From sequence record PV158447.1: a DNA stretch of 64,000 nucleotides; one strand, given 5' to 3'. The translations under genes and the position numbers were made by a program. Positions 27,767 to 38,084 of the stretch are shown here, piece by piece; within the stretch, counting starts at the first letter, position 1; the number at the start of each line of letters is the position of its first letter. Under the pieces are notes generated by a model, which was not told where the DNA came from, did no database searches, and saw only the letters and a list, made by a program, of their open reading frames with translations.

Positions 27767-28420
27767 ATGATGAACGAAACAATTATTCTGAATGCGCTCA
27801 ATACTGCTATCTCCAAAATCGAACGTGGGAATGATCCCATTGTTTATCTGTATCGTGTTCAGAAAGTATTGAACGCAATGCGCGAGATGATCTATGACAA
27901 ACTGGATAGTTCTCGCATGATGTGCGAGCCATCTGAAATGTTCAACATCACCATTCGCGGTAGTGTTCGTATCAACCGCTCTGGTAGTGAACCAGTGATT
28001 GTTGGACACAGTCCCTTCATCCTGAAGGTCTACGGTTTCCGTGGATTGGGAATCGCCGATTACCGGCTGGCTGAAGACTACTCGGCTACCAAAGACATCA
28101 CCGACAATTTCCACTGGGATACGATTCCTCTGATTCGTAAGAACTGTTACGAATTGGGTGGTGAGAAAGATCACCACGGTAAGAATCTCAAAGAAGACCG
28201 TTACATCACTGAACATCCGGCAGTTGATCCAGACAGTCATTCCATTCACGTAGAAACCCACTACCTGGGTGATGACCGTCGGGAATTGGTTTTTATCATG
28301 GGTGCTCGGATCCATAAGGATTCAATCGTTAAGAAACGTGACGATGCTGCGAGTATCTATGCGGTCGTTCCGGTGAGGACATCTGGTTACACCCATGTAG
28401 AACGTAAATTCATGGATTGA
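27767..28420 (+). CDS. Hypothetical protein (217 aa)
   Basis: AAGGA SD after promoter. Confidence 0.85.
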   Translation: MMNETIILNALNTAISKIERGNDPIVYLYRVQKVLNAMREMIYDKLDSSRMMCEPSEMFNITIRGSVRINRSGSEPVIVGHSPFILKVYGFRGLGIADYRLAEDYSATKDITDNFHWDTIPLIRKNCYELGGEKDHHGKNLKEDRYITEHPAVDPDSHSIHVETHYLGDDRRELVFIMGARIHKDSIVKKRDDAASIYAVVPVRTSGYTHVERKFMD

Positions 28421-28431
28421 GGAGAATAACA

Positions 28432-28998
28432 ATGATCCTTTATAATGAGCAAGGGAAATGGTTTCCTCTGGGACTAAACTTTGATCGCTACATGGGGGTC
28501 AAAAACAGCGGACAAACAGCTATCATGAGCACGGCAGTGTTTTCTCCGTTGGTCCAAAAGAATAATCACTGGGACAGGATGTTCGGTTTCATTTATAAAG
28601 GCACTGCTATCGTTGTTGGGGTCAATACCAGTGAGTTGGCTTGCTATCTTTATAAGCAAGAATCTGGGCTGGATGGTATAGTCCAGAAGGTTAAAGATAT
28701 CTACATTGACATCACCCGGAGTGATGAAGATCTGTTGATGCAAATCAAAGGGATTATTCTGGGAGAGATGTGGCAGATGGTCTGTTTAAAACCACGGCGT
28801 CGTAAAGCGCTTGTGAAAGCGCTGGAGACGATTACTGACGAACACAAGTCTCAGTATCAATTGGGTCACAACTATCGCTTGGTGAAACACGGGGTTCGTA
28901 TTAGACTCTATCACCGAGATGTCATTGCTGCTGATTTCAACTGTCTATCAGAAGTGACTAAAACCCACCTTTGTAATGACAAACGCTTATACAGTTAA
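28432..28998 (+). CDS. Hypothetical protein (188 aa)
   Basis: GAGGAG SD before ATG at 28432. Confidence 0.8.
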   Translation: MILYNEQGKWFPLGLNFDRYMGVKNSGQTAIMSTAVFSPLVQKNNHWDRMFGFIYKGTAIVVGVNTSELACYLYKQESGLDGIVQKVKDIYIDITRSDEDLLMQIKGIILGEMWQMVCLKPRRRKALVKALETITDEHKSQYQLGHNYRLVKHGVRIRLYHRDVIAADFNCLSEVTKTHLCNDKRLYS

Positions 28999-29013
28999 TT
29001 TAGGAGAATAAAA

Positions 29014-29727
29014 ATGAAAATCGAAACCATCAATAAAATCAAAGAAACCATCAATCACTGTCCAGCCAAAACCTACGATGAGTTATTCGCTCTGCTTACC
29101 GGGAATAAGGATGTTGTCATTACCAGACTCAGTAACACGTTCGATCTCAAGACCATCGGGACAGTTTCTCTCGATGCTTTAATTTCATCTTTGCTGGACC
29201 AATCCCATATCAGAGAGAGTGAGGAACCTGTGGAAATTGGGTTTTCTCAATCTGGGTTCAAGTATATTGCTGTGACCTTGGCTGGAGCGAAACTACTCCT
29301 GACCAAAATGGGGTTAAACAAAGGTGAATGGACGTGCACAATCTCTCGTGGTCGTCACCAGTTTTTCAACCCCTGGGAAACAATTTTCAATCATTCCAGT
29401 ACTTCCAATGAACAGTTTTGTAAACTGATTTATGCACTTTCGTTCTGCTCTGAGGACCGCCCCGACATTTATGTGCCAGGGTATCTCCACAAACTAGAGT
29501 CAGTAGATTCCATTCCCATCAACCATGATGCACTGGGTCGTTCATTCATCATCGATTCTGTAGTGGAATTTTACCATTTAACAAAACGCTTTCATGGCGG
29601 TCACGAACTCTGCGACACCGTCACAACTATCATGGCGATTAAACTCCATGGTTTGGGAATCAGCGATATTACTCGCGAACACGTGATAAGCGGGATGATT
29701 GACGAAGAGTTTGAAAAACTGTTCTAG
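29014..29727 (+). CDS. Hypothetical protein (237 aa)
   Basis: TTAGGAG SD. Confidence 0.8.
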   Translation: MKIETINKIKETINHCPAKTYDELFALLTGNKDVVITRLSNTFDLKTIGTVSLDALISSLLDQSHIRESEEPVEIGFSQSGFKYIAVTLAGAKLLLTKMGLNKGEWTCTISRGRHQFFNPWETIFNHSSTSNEQFCKLIYALSFCSEDRPDIYVPGYLHKLESVDSIPINHDALGRSFIIDSVVEFYHLTKRFHGGHELCDTVTTIMAIKLHGLGISDITREHVISGMIDEEFEKLF

Positions 29728-29735
29728 TAAAGATT

Positions 29736-29767
29736 AACCCTCCTAACCCACTTGGGTTAGGAGGGTT
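29736..29767. terminator. Bidirectional terminator between convergent units
   Basis: AACCCTCCTAACCC-ACTT-GGGTTAGGAGGGTT. Confidence 0.8.
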
Positions 29768-29772
29768 CTTTA

Positions 29773-30417
29773 TTACGGGTTTGTTGTTTTTGTAACAACA
29801 GCGGCTTCTAGTTGTTGGATGTATGCTTTCAGCTGAAGAATCTCGTTCTCCATCATGTTCAATCTAACCGCATCGGACGGTTCTTGAGTTATCTGAAGCT
29901 GCCGGCTCTCTTCCCAAGCATCCGCAGTTTCTTTACTCACGTATCCTGGAGTAGGAACAACACCAATTGTGGTATTTGGGTTAGGGATCCCAAACGCACC
30001 TTTGATGTAGTTATTGATATGATCGATCGCGTTATTCACACGGTCTTTCAAACCAGGAGGAACCGAACCCAAATCAGTAATCAGAGCCAGGTGTTCATAA
30101 ACCACCCCATCGACCATCGGGAATGATTTCAGAGAAGTAGACGGAACGTAAACAGGACCTTGACCCCGGCTCGTCAACGAGATGATGGCGGCATTATCCT
30201 GGATTGCTTGTTGCAGCAAGTTCTGATAATCAGTCTCTGGATAACCTGCTGGTTTCCATACAGTTGTGTACAGATCAAGTTTCAGGGCCTGCATTTCTGA
30301 TACAGTTCGAATCGCCTCTACGGTATAAAACGTATTAGGATTCACTACAGTATCAAAAGGACTAGTCGCAACAAACTTACCAGAAGCCCGCAGGTTAGGT
30401 ATCATGTTGTTACTCAT
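29773..30417 (-). CDS. Probable virion structural protein (214 aa)
   Basis: Coupled to the upstream minus-strand gene; position in the core block (inference). Confidence 0.55.
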   Translation of the reverse strand: MSNNMIPNLRASGKFVATSPFDTVVNPNTFYTVEAIRTVSEMQALKLDLYTTVWKPAGYPETDYQNLLQQAIQDNAAIISLTSRGQGPVYVPSTSLKSFPMVDGVVYEHLALITDLGSVPPGLKDRVNNAIDHINNYIKGAFGIPNPNTTIGVVPTPGYVSKETADAWEESRQLQITQEPSDAVRLNMMENEILQLKAYIQQLEAAVVTKTTNP

Positions 30418-31744
30418 CTACCAGGCCATCCTTAATGAATTGATAACGAGTGATCATCGTTACCTTAATGTTGTTAGTACGGCGAGACAGATACAACCGC
30501 CCATTTCGAGTTTCCCGTTGCATGCCAGAAGGAGGAAGGCCGTCGGGAGTCACAACTTCGGCAGCTGCGGTTAACTCTTCTAAATCCTTTACAAATGCAA
30601 AGGTCGGCTTTGACATCATCCCAGCTTGACCATCGGTACTTGGGATGAGTTGATAGTCAGGGAAAATGTCGCTGATTTTATTACGACCTTGGTTGTTAGT
30701 TGGTTTCCCAACGAACCCAATTTTAGCTGACTTATACATAGTCGGAAGGATTTGGAGCGATTTTATGATATCGGTGTCTGAATAGAAATCAGCGTACTTC
30801 TTGGGCAACGTATCTCCACCCTCAAAGGTGAAAATCGGACTGTACGTAGATCCCAGTGCAGTTTCGTTGATCAGTGCGTATTCGTTCCAATAAGGGACGG
30901 CAACGAACTCTAACGGATTGAACAAGTCGGGAATGATCTCCGCCCATTTATCTTCCGGTTTGGAAGAATGGGAAAGGATACATTGACGAATTGCTTCGTA
31001 CGTTTCTTCTTCGGCGTCGTTCGGGTTACCGTAATAAATAACCGTCCAAAAACCGGTGTTCTTCATCGGCTGATTTACTAAGTCGTGAATTTCAAACGGA
31101 ATAACGACCCGTCGGGTGTAAGGATCATCCACCCCGATGAGGGCTTTGACCCGGTTCTCCAATTTATCAGCGGTTTCTTCCAGTAAGCGGTTACGGACTT
31201 CCCGGTAGTTATTCTCGGCCAGGAAATCAATGCTGTCTACTGGGATTGGTTGGAATACGTATATTTCTCGATAAGGGAACTCTTCCGCAAAAGCGGCGTT
31301 GGCGTACCATATCTTGAACTCGTGTACAATCGCACCCACTTCTAAAGTAAAGGTAACACTGGAAGGTAGCCAGATGGCACCGTTAGTTACCATCTTCCCA
31401 ATATCTTTCCAAACCCACCCAACTGTGAATGTCGCCTTTAATGCTTGGAGAGTCACTTGAGCATTGTTATTGAAATTCCCTTTCTTGGCTTCGTCGTACA
31501 ACCATTTGTTCATCCCCATGACCAAGCCGGAATGTGAAAGAGGAATCTTCTCATAACGACGAGAGTTGTCAGTTAAATCGACACCTCGGAACCCAACCAA
31601 CTCGCAGGGATTGGCTTCTTGATAATAATAGTCGGGTGCTTTAGAATAGGTCATTGTTTCGTTGGTCAACTCCCCAATGGGGGATGTGGAACCATTGATC
31701 TTCAACTCAGAAATGTTGTTGAAGCAACTATATAGGTTAGACAT
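30410..31744 (-). CDS. Probable virion structural protein (444 aa)
   Basis: AAAGGA SD before MSNLYSCF; recalled resemblance to phiKZ-like structural genes. Confidence 0.55.
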   Translation of the reverse strand: MSNLYSCFNNISELKINGSTSPIGELTNETMTYSKAPDYYYQEANPCELVGFRGVDLTDNSRRYEKIPLSHSGLVMGMNKWLYDEAKKGNFNNNAQVTLQALKATFTVGWVWKDIGKMVTNGAIWLPSSVTFTLEVGAIVHEFKIWYANAAFAEEFPYREIYVFQPIPVDSIDFLAENNYREVRNRLLEETADKLENRVKALIGVDDPYTRRVVIPFEIHDLVNQPMKNTGFWTVIYYGNPNDAEEETYEAIRQCILSHSSKPEDKWAEIIPDLFNPLEFVAVPYWNEYALINETALGSTYSPIFTFEGGDTLPKKYADFYSDTDIIKSLQILPTMYKSAKIGFVGKPTNNQGRNKISDIFPDYQLIPSTDGQAGMMSKPTFAFVKDLEELTAAAEVVTPDGLPPSGMQRETRNGRLYLSRRTNNIKVTMITRYQFIKDGLVDE

Positions 31745-31800
31745 GCATTTTCCTTTATGTGATGTTGATACCGTGTAATAAAATACGAGAGCGGACGGAT

Positions 31801-32235
31801 ATGGTGCAATCAGCAATCATCCGGGATCTGTTCCGAAGGTGGGTCAAATTTTACCCCCCGGATATGAGTCCCGAACAAAAATGCCGTAAAGATCGTGAGA
31901 TCAAACGGATATCTATCGGACTTAACATCGTTGCACTCATTGTCATTCTTGGTATTTCTCAGCAGTACATTGGAGCAATACTCCAGAAACGTGAGCTAGA
32001 AAGACAGCGGGAATCTCTTGCTATCCATTCAGTCAAAACTGACATAGCCAGCGATGAATCAGATCGGGCCTTTCGGGAAGTCTCCATGAGACTATCTGAT
32101 GAGCAAGATCTCACGTTAGAACTGAAAGAAATGATCTTTGAGCTCCGCCTGGAGAACATGAAGATCAATGAAGAGAAAGAAAAACTCTCCAAGGATATTC
32201 AAGAACGTATCTGCCGGAGAGAAGACCTTTATTAA
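31801..32235 (+). CDS. Single-TM protein with long C-terminal coiled coil (144 aa)
   Basis: ISIGLNIVALIVILGIS followed by an E/K/L-rich heptad region. Confidence 0.7.
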   Translation: MVQSAIIRDLFRRWVKFYPPDMSPEQKCRKDREIKRISIGLNIVALIVILGISQQYIGAILQKRELERQRESLAIHSVKTDIASDESDRAFREVSMRLSDEQDLTLELKEMIFELRLENMKINEEKEKLSKDIQERICRREDLY

Positions 32236-32292
32236 ATAACAACAACAGTCATTTATTGTCACATAGTCGATAAATGATGCAGGACAACAACG

Positions 32293-33726
32293 ATGAATAT
32301 TGTTTATTATCTCACCAGCTCTAAGCTGAAAGATAAAGAAGTTGCAATCTCCGGAGGTCATGGTTATACCTATGATCCTGCCGTTGAGAGTAAACGAAAG
32401 TTAGTTAAGGACACTCCGTCTGGATATGGGTACTTCGTTAACGGAAGTCTACAAAGTATCGCTGTCGATCAACTGGAAATTATCTCTGGCAGAACCCTTC
32501 GTCAAGAAACCGAACATGAAGCTTTTCTGGTCGGTTTGATTGAACTCCTCGAGTGGGCAAAGACCCAGGAGGTTCAGCGTATCCTTGTCATCACCTCTTC
32601 TGTAAATGGTCTCAAGATCATTAATGCCCAAAAGGTAGTAGAGAAGTGGGCTGGCAACGAGTATGTGAAGAAAGCACGGACTTTGGTAAAAGAATTTGGT
32701 AACAAGATTATCTTTGATGACGAGTATTGGTTGAAAGGAGGGGAAGGTTGTAAGCAAGCTCTGAAACAACACGATTTCAGTAAAGGTTTGTTGGAACTTC
32801 CCGCATCACCCACTAGTGTTCTGGAAACCTGCACTCCGAAAGAGTTCAAGAATCCAGAGCATGATTTCAACAAGTTGGTTTGTGCCACACGTTGGTTCTT
32901 CAATACTGGGGACAAGTCCACGTTCTACAACGTGGATAAGTACGGTTATCGTCATTATGCCTTTGGTCGGATTGATCCTGACAAAGGGTATTATGGAAAA
33001 GCAACACCAGATGTGTATTACTCGACTCTGTTCACAAAAGAACCGATTACACTTCTAGATAAGTTGTATAGTTTCTGTCAGGCAAATAAACCGAATCCTT
33101 ACAACATCTTGGCTGGCGCCAACATTGATATGGTGAAATCGAAAGAGATCAGTCGTGTCATTGACATCATGCCTGGTGTGATAGTGAAGAACGAACTGAA
33201 GAGTCCGATGACCATCGGTGCTAACGAAGATCCAGTATTGGTTGATTTTATCGACCCGCCGGGCCTGAGTTATCGTATTCGGGATTTCCAAATCTCTTTG
33301 AGTAAGTATCATGACTTTTTCAAACAGCGTGATGAGAATAACCGGTTTAAACATCATGACTGGTTGGACATTACTGATCGTATCTTTGAACAAGATGCAA
33401 AGGGGAAATGGAAAATCAACAGTGAGTTCACTCAGAACACGTTGACGATTCCGGTGAAGATCAAAGCACCTGGTTGTCTGAAAGAAGTAGTGATCAATCT
33501 GGCAGTTCGTTATGACCTACCTGATCGTTCTTCTCTTAACTCGCTGATTGTGAGTAAAGTACCAGAGTTCAAAGTTTATCTGGGACTTGACTTTAATGAT
33601 CCTGCCGGTGTGATGTATTACACAATGGTGGAGACACCAGAGTTTGATTACATTCACGCTAACAGTTGTGCCAACCTTCGAGTATACAGTTTGAAAGAAC
33701 TGGGTAAAGAACCAAAAGTCAAATAA
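32293..33726 (+). CDS. RNase H-like protein of phiKZ-like phages (477 aa), possibly catalytically degenerate
   Basis: N-terminal GGHGYTY...EHEAFLVGL...ILVITSS pattern fits RNase HI topology. Confidence 0.55.
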   Translation: MNIVYYLTSSKLKDKEVAISGGHGYTYDPAVESKRKLVKDTPSGYGYFVNGSLQSIAVDQLEIISGRTLRQETEHEAFLVGLIELLEWAKTQEVQRILVITSSVNGLKIINAQKVVEKWAGNEYVKKARTLVKEFGNKIIFDDEYWLKGGEGCKQALKQHDFSKGLLELPASPTSVLETCTPKEFKNPEHDFNKLVCATRWFFNTGDKSTFYNVDKYGYRHYAFGRIDPDKGYYGKATPDVYYSTLFTKEPITLLDKLYSFCQANKPNPYNILAGANIDMVKSKEISRVIDIMPGVIVKNELKSPMTIGANEDPVLVDFIDPPGLSYRIRDFQISLSKYHDFFKQRDENNRFKHHDWLDITDRIFEQDAKGKWKINSEFTQNTLTIPVKIKAPGCLKEVVINLAVRYDLPDRSSLNSLIVSKVPEFKVYLGLDFNDPAGVMYYTMVETPEFDYIHANSCANLRVYSLKELGKEPKVK

Positions 33727-33734
33727 GATTTAAA

Positions 33735-33767
33735 AACCTCTACTCTCCGCTTGGGAGAGTAGAGGTT
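33735..33767. terminator. Bidirectional terminator
   Basis: AACCTCTACTCTCC-GCTTG-GGAGAGTAGAGGTT. Confidence 0.8.
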
Positions 33768-33783
33768 ACTTTATTGGTCTATT

Positions 33784-34755
33784 TTATCGTTCTTCGGTAT
33801 CGAGAATCTCTACTGAATTCATCTCCTCCAGGAAACGCTTCTCAGTCGCGTTGTAATCAATCAGAACGTAAACGCTACCGATGGCATCTGCAATATGTTT
33901 AACGTTGCGAGAGCAGTTGTTAAGGGCCTTTACGACGCTTCTGTCAAAGTCAGTCAGGAACATCAGGACTTTGTTAGCTTGTCGGTAAAGATTCTCTTCA
34001 CCAGTACCATTGTTTCGAACGCCTTGGAGTTCCTTGGTCAACTCGTTCGCTTTGGCAGTTGGCGCTTCCAGCTTCTTAGCAAGAGTGAGATAGGTATTCC
34101 GAAGACCTTTGTAGTTGGTGCACATGAAGGTAGCCTCCGACATGGTGTTAACAAACCCATGGAGATCACCTGACTTAGCTCGTTTAGCACCGAGTTCTTC
34201 AGTAACCGCTTTCTGATACTTTTCAATATCAGCAAACTCTTTCTCAAAATCAGGAATATCGATCTGAAGGCCCTGAGCTGTTTTACGAATGTCAGTAAAA
34301 ATACCGTTCTTGTTATGAGTGAATTTTTCACCCAGTTCTTTGATGTGGAACTTAGACGGAGTCTCTAGTGCATCAGAGATTTTGTCGGTGACTTCTTCTT
34401 GAACTTCCGGTGGCTGTTCCAACACTTTCTTGGGAAGTGACTTAGAGGCAACTGTAACAGCGTTGACAGCATGATCAACGGTTTTAGTTACTTTCTCACC
34501 TTTGGGAGAAAAGAACCAATCCCAGATCGATTTTAGGAAACGTTTAACATATTCGTAGAAACGAATGCCTGTCTCTTTAATCTTACCAAAGAACGATTCA
34601 GAACCATCGTACTGACCGATATCCAACCCATTGAGTTTCAGAGCGGAGCCAAGGTATTGAGTCTTGTCATTACTATCCATGGGGTCGAGTAACATGGATT
34701 CGAACCCTGCGAAGATCTTGTCGGCATGGTCTAAGTTGTGAATGGAAAATTCCAT
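33784..34755 (-). CDS. Probable internal head protein (323 aa)
   Basis: N-terminal AGFES and DGSES(FFGKIKE) match G-x-E prohead-protease sites; helical. Confidence 0.55.
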   Translation of the reverse strand: MEFSIHNLDHADKIFAGFESMLLDPMDSNDKTQYLGSALKLNGLDIGQYDGSESFFGKIKETGIRFYEYVKRFLKSIWDWFFSPKGEKVTKTVDHAVNAVTVASKSLPKKVLEQPPEVQEEVTDKISDALETPSKFHIKELGEKFTHNKNGIFTDIRKTAQGLQIDIPDFEKEFADIEKYQKAVTEELGAKRAKSGDLHGFVNTMSEATFMCTNYKGLRNTYLTLAKKLEAPTAKANELTKELQGVRNNGTGEENLYRQANKVLMFLTDFDRSVVKALNNCSRNVKHIADAIGSVYVLIDYNATEKRFLEEMNSVEILDTEER

Positions 34756-34766
34756 GTTTTATCCTT

Positions 34767-36893
34767 TTAGAAAACATCTGTGATTGAGGTACGGCGAGTG
34801 CATTCGATAACGGGTCTTTCGACTTCTTCCATTTCAATTTCTAAAGCGGGATCTGGTTTGGGGATGTCCCAAACATAATCCACGGATTCCATCCCACCCA
34901 CTGCTTTCAGGTTATGGCCGGCAATTCCGTTCATATTACCTAAGTTACCACCGCCCAAGAGAATTTCTACTTGTTCCTTACTCCACTCCATGATATCAAT
35001 GGAACGAGAAGTGATGTTCTCCTCAGAACCAGTATCTAGGTCGAAGAGATAAACGAAACACTCTTCATCTTGACCACGACGATAAATACGAGCGATAGTC
35101 TGGATTTGTTCATAAGAACGGAAGGGGGCGTTCATCATCAGAATCTGGTTAGCCATTAACATTGGTTTACCTTCTCTGAGGGTGTTGTAGGTAGTGATTA
35201 GCGGATTGATCTTGGGGTCGGTTGCAAACTCATTAACAACCTTGTCGATCTCATTGCTGTTCTCACCAGTGAGTTTAGCGGAGATAATCCCTTCACTCTC
35301 GAAATACTTGTGAAGTTCATTTACCACTTCGATGTGAGAGGTGTAGACAAGCGTCTTCTTCTTCACTGCACTGATGTACTTGGGAAGTTCAGCATGTTGA
35401 ATCGTTTCTCGAACAGCTTCCATTCGTGCTTTACTGAGAACACGGCCCAAGGCTTCACCTCGGATTTTCAGACCTACATATTTAACCGCAGATTTGATGT
35501 TCCGGAAGTACTTGAGTTCTTCGCCTTTCAACAGAGATTCTATTTCGACTTCTACTTTACTGGCAAACTTACTCAACTCAGCATCTGTGAAAGTATTGTA
35601 ACCGTGGGTTTGGAAGCGCTTTACAATCTCTTCGTAACGGTTCAGTTCAGCAATGGCTTTAGGATCGTCCCAGATGAACTCCCGGTAACGTCTAACGATT
35701 TCTCGCCAATCCCCTTCGAACTGGGGCATCATGTTCCGATAGTAAACAATTCGTTCGGAAATGAACTTCATCATCTCAGCTCGGATGGAGTTTAGTGTGA
35801 AGCGTTCTGCGCCAGGGAACTTCACCTTAACCACAACAGGTTCGGGTGGGTTCTTCATTTCAGTGATGGCTGAAATTGTAAACTTAACACGACCCAATCG
35901 ATGAGCAAGCATTTCGTTCAGATAACGATTATCACGACCATAAAGACGGAGGAAATCTTGACGCACTTCTTTATCAAAGAACTTGTCAATAATCCGGAAG
36001 AGGACGTAAGTTTCTTTACCCTGGGCTTTAATAGGTGTGCCTGACATAAATAACGTGTCGGAAACATACTTGTGGGTGCAGAAGTCTACAAGTCCATTAG
36101 CTTGTTGGGAAGAGTGCTCATTATAGTTATGAGATTCATCAACAACTACTTTAATCGGTGCTTTCCCGTTCAGAGAGATTACATCGATAAAACTATTCCA
36201 ATCTCCCGACCGGATCTGTTCCTTATGGATGATGAAAATCTCAGCATCGGTATGTTGGAGCGGGTCCGTTCCATCTAAAGAAGTCCAGACCTTCGGTGGT
36301 TTCTTATAAACCTTTTGGATTTCTGCTAGCCATGGCGAACCAACCAGACCTTTGGGCACGATCAAAACTAGCTTCCCGTCGGAAATCATTTTACTCCACA
36401 TGAGACTCGTTATTGACTTCCCACTCCCAACTACTGCATCTAAGAGGCAGCCTTTCAGTTGGTATCCGTTCTTGATTCGAGAATAATCCGTGAGGAATTC
36501 TCGCTGATCTTCGTACGGCTGAAAAACGAAGTGCTTAACCGCTTTGTCCACGTCGTAAGCAGGCCAGCTTTGGAAAGTAGATTCAATCCAAGTCTTGGTC
36601 TTAACTTCATCATAGAGCTGTTTATACTTCAACATACCAACACGATAACGATCGACGGTACGCTTATTCTTTTGTGTGGTAAAGTGTTCTAAGATCCAAG
36701 CAAATTCTACCATAAAGAATTGGTGAATCTTAAAAGAACGACTGGAGAGTTTCTTTACCATCTTGGCAAAGATAATAGTGGTCCCGAAATTACTTTGTAG
36801 ATCTTTTTCAAAGTCCCGTATTGAAATACCAGAAACGATATAGTTAGAACCTACCTTTTCAATTTTCGGTGCAAAACTGAAAAACCCTTGCAT
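34767..36893 (-). CDS. Superfamily 2 (SNF2/DEAD-like) helicase
   Basis: AVVGSGKS, VVVDESHN, SGTP, LREG, QTIARIYRRGQ. Confidence 0.92.
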   Translation of the reverse strand: MQGFFSFAPKIEKVGSNYIVSGISIRDFEKDLQSNFGTTIIFAKMVKKLSSRSFKIHQFFMVEFAWILEHFTTQKNKRTVDRYRVGMLKYKQLYDEVKTKTWIESTFQSWPAYDVDKAVKHFVFQPYEDQREFLTDYSRIKNGYQLKGCLLDAVVGSGKSITSLMWSKMISDGKLVLIVPKGLVGSPWLAEIQKVYKKPPKVWTSLDGTDPLQHTDAEIFIIHKEQIRSGDWNSFIDVISLNGKAPIKVVVDESHNYNEHSSQQANGLVDFCTHKYVSDTLFMSGTPIKAQGKETYVLFRIIDKFFDKEVRQDFLRLYGRDNRYLNEMLAHRLGRVKFTISAITEMKNPPEPVVVKVKFPGAERFTLNSIRAEMMKFISERIVYYRNMMPQFEGDWREIVRRYREFIWDDPKAIAELNRYEEIVKRFQTHGYNTFTDAELSKFASKVEVEIESLLKGEELKYFRNIKSAVKYVGLKIRGEALGRVLSKARMEAVRETIQHAELPKYISAVKKKTLVYTSHIEVVNELHKYFESEGIISAKLTGENSNEIDKVVNEFATDPKINPLITTYNTLREGKPMLMANQILMMNAPFRSYEQIQTIARIYRRGQDEECFVYLFDLDTGSEENITSRSIDIMEWSKEQVEILLGGGNLGNMNGIAGHNLKAVGGMESVDYVWDIPKPDPALEIEMEEVERPVIECTRRTSITDVF

Positions 36894-36907
36894 AATGGAG
36901 CCCTGAT

Positions 36908-38020
36908 ATGAAACGTGAAATCAATGTAGAAAAACTTGTCGACGCCGTTCAAGCTTGTGGGATGACACTTCCAGAAGAAGTGGTTGTGATCATTGAAGAC
37001 GAGCTTGTTCCTGGTTCGATCATAGCATCGGTTGCTAACCATCAGTTCGTGGTAAAAGAAGGGTTCTGGCCCAAGTTCTGTGATCTGGTGGAGAAGAATG
37101 AAGCGGGTCAACTGAGTCATTACCTGGAAGGTCGGTTTGATGGCATTAAGTACATTCCTCTGTTCGAATTGGATGGTGATGAACAGTATCAGACCTTTGT
37201 TGGTGATGGAGAATCTAAACTTCAACCTGAGGTCCAAGATCAAATTGTTTCTCGCGCTTCTGGTTTGATCACTGGTTGCACTTACCACATCAAACGTCTG
37301 GCCGCCCTGATCAATAAATGTTCTCTTGACATCGCTAGTAATCCAGAGATTGTGAAAGACAAAGATTGGATGTTAACTTTCGATACCATCTCCGAGGATA
37401 ACTATCGTCTGCAAATCTGTCTGGACCACATTAATCCTATTCACGAAGAAGAGAAAGTCATTGAAATTCTTCGGACGCCGATGACCAAAGAACAGAAAGC
37501 ATTGTACTTCGGTGAATATGAAAAGATGATTGAAGATCACTTGCGTGAAGTTTCCGACTACATTGATGGGTTTGTCAATGCTAAACTGCTCCAAACTTCT
37601 AAAGCCGCCAAGGACATGGGAATCAGTTTGTTGAATGGGACAATACTTTCTCAGTTCCTGAATCTTCGCCCGATGTTGATCTCTTTTGGTGGTCGTGATA
37701 ACTGGCGCTTGTTTGGGGGTGAAAGTCCTAACTCCAAAGTCTGTCACGAGATCATGGATAAAGAAATCGAATTCCTGGTTGATTATCTTCAAAACAAAGT
37801 TGTGCTAGATGAGGGTGTTGAACTGGACCGAGAAGTGGACATCTACTCAGTGGATATGAAAGACTTCAATATCTACGCTCGGGACAAATACAACCAAGTG
37901 ATCGGGAATGCAATTGTTGGGGCAAGTGAATTCTTTCACCTTCGTTATTCAGAAGGGTTCATGGAACTGTTTAAACTTCGACTCCGTCAGAGTGACAACC
38001 GACACTTCTTCTTTGCATAA
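36908..38020 (+). CDS. Hypothetical acidic protein (370 aa)
   Basis: GGAG SD. Confidence 0.85.
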   Translation: MKREINVEKLVDAVQACGMTLPEEVVVIIEDELVPGSIIASVANHQFVVKEGFWPKFCDLVEKNEAGQLSHYLEGRFDGIKYIPLFELDGDEQYQTFVGDGESKLQPEVQDQIVSRASGLITGCTYHIKRLAALINKCSLDIASNPEIVKDKDWMLTFDTISEDNYRLQICLDHINPIHEEEKVIEILRTPMTKEQKALYFGEYEKMIEDHLREVSDYIDGFVNAKLLQTSKAAKDMGISLLNGTILSQFLNLRPMLISFGGRDNWRLFGGESPNSKVCHEIMDKEIEFLVDYLQNKVVLDEGVELDREVDIYSVDMKDFNIYARDKYNQVIGNAIVGASEFFHLRYSEGFMELFKLRLRQSDNRHFFFA

Positions 38021-38041
38021 CGTTTAAGCGCAATATAGGAG

Positions 38042-38071
38042 CCTAGGAGAACCCGCTGGGGTTCTCCTAGG
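38042..38071. terminator. Bidirectional terminator
   Basis: CCTAGGAGAACCC-GCTG-GGGTTCTCCTAGG. Confidence 0.8.
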
Positions 38072-38084
38072 TCTATGTGCTAAA

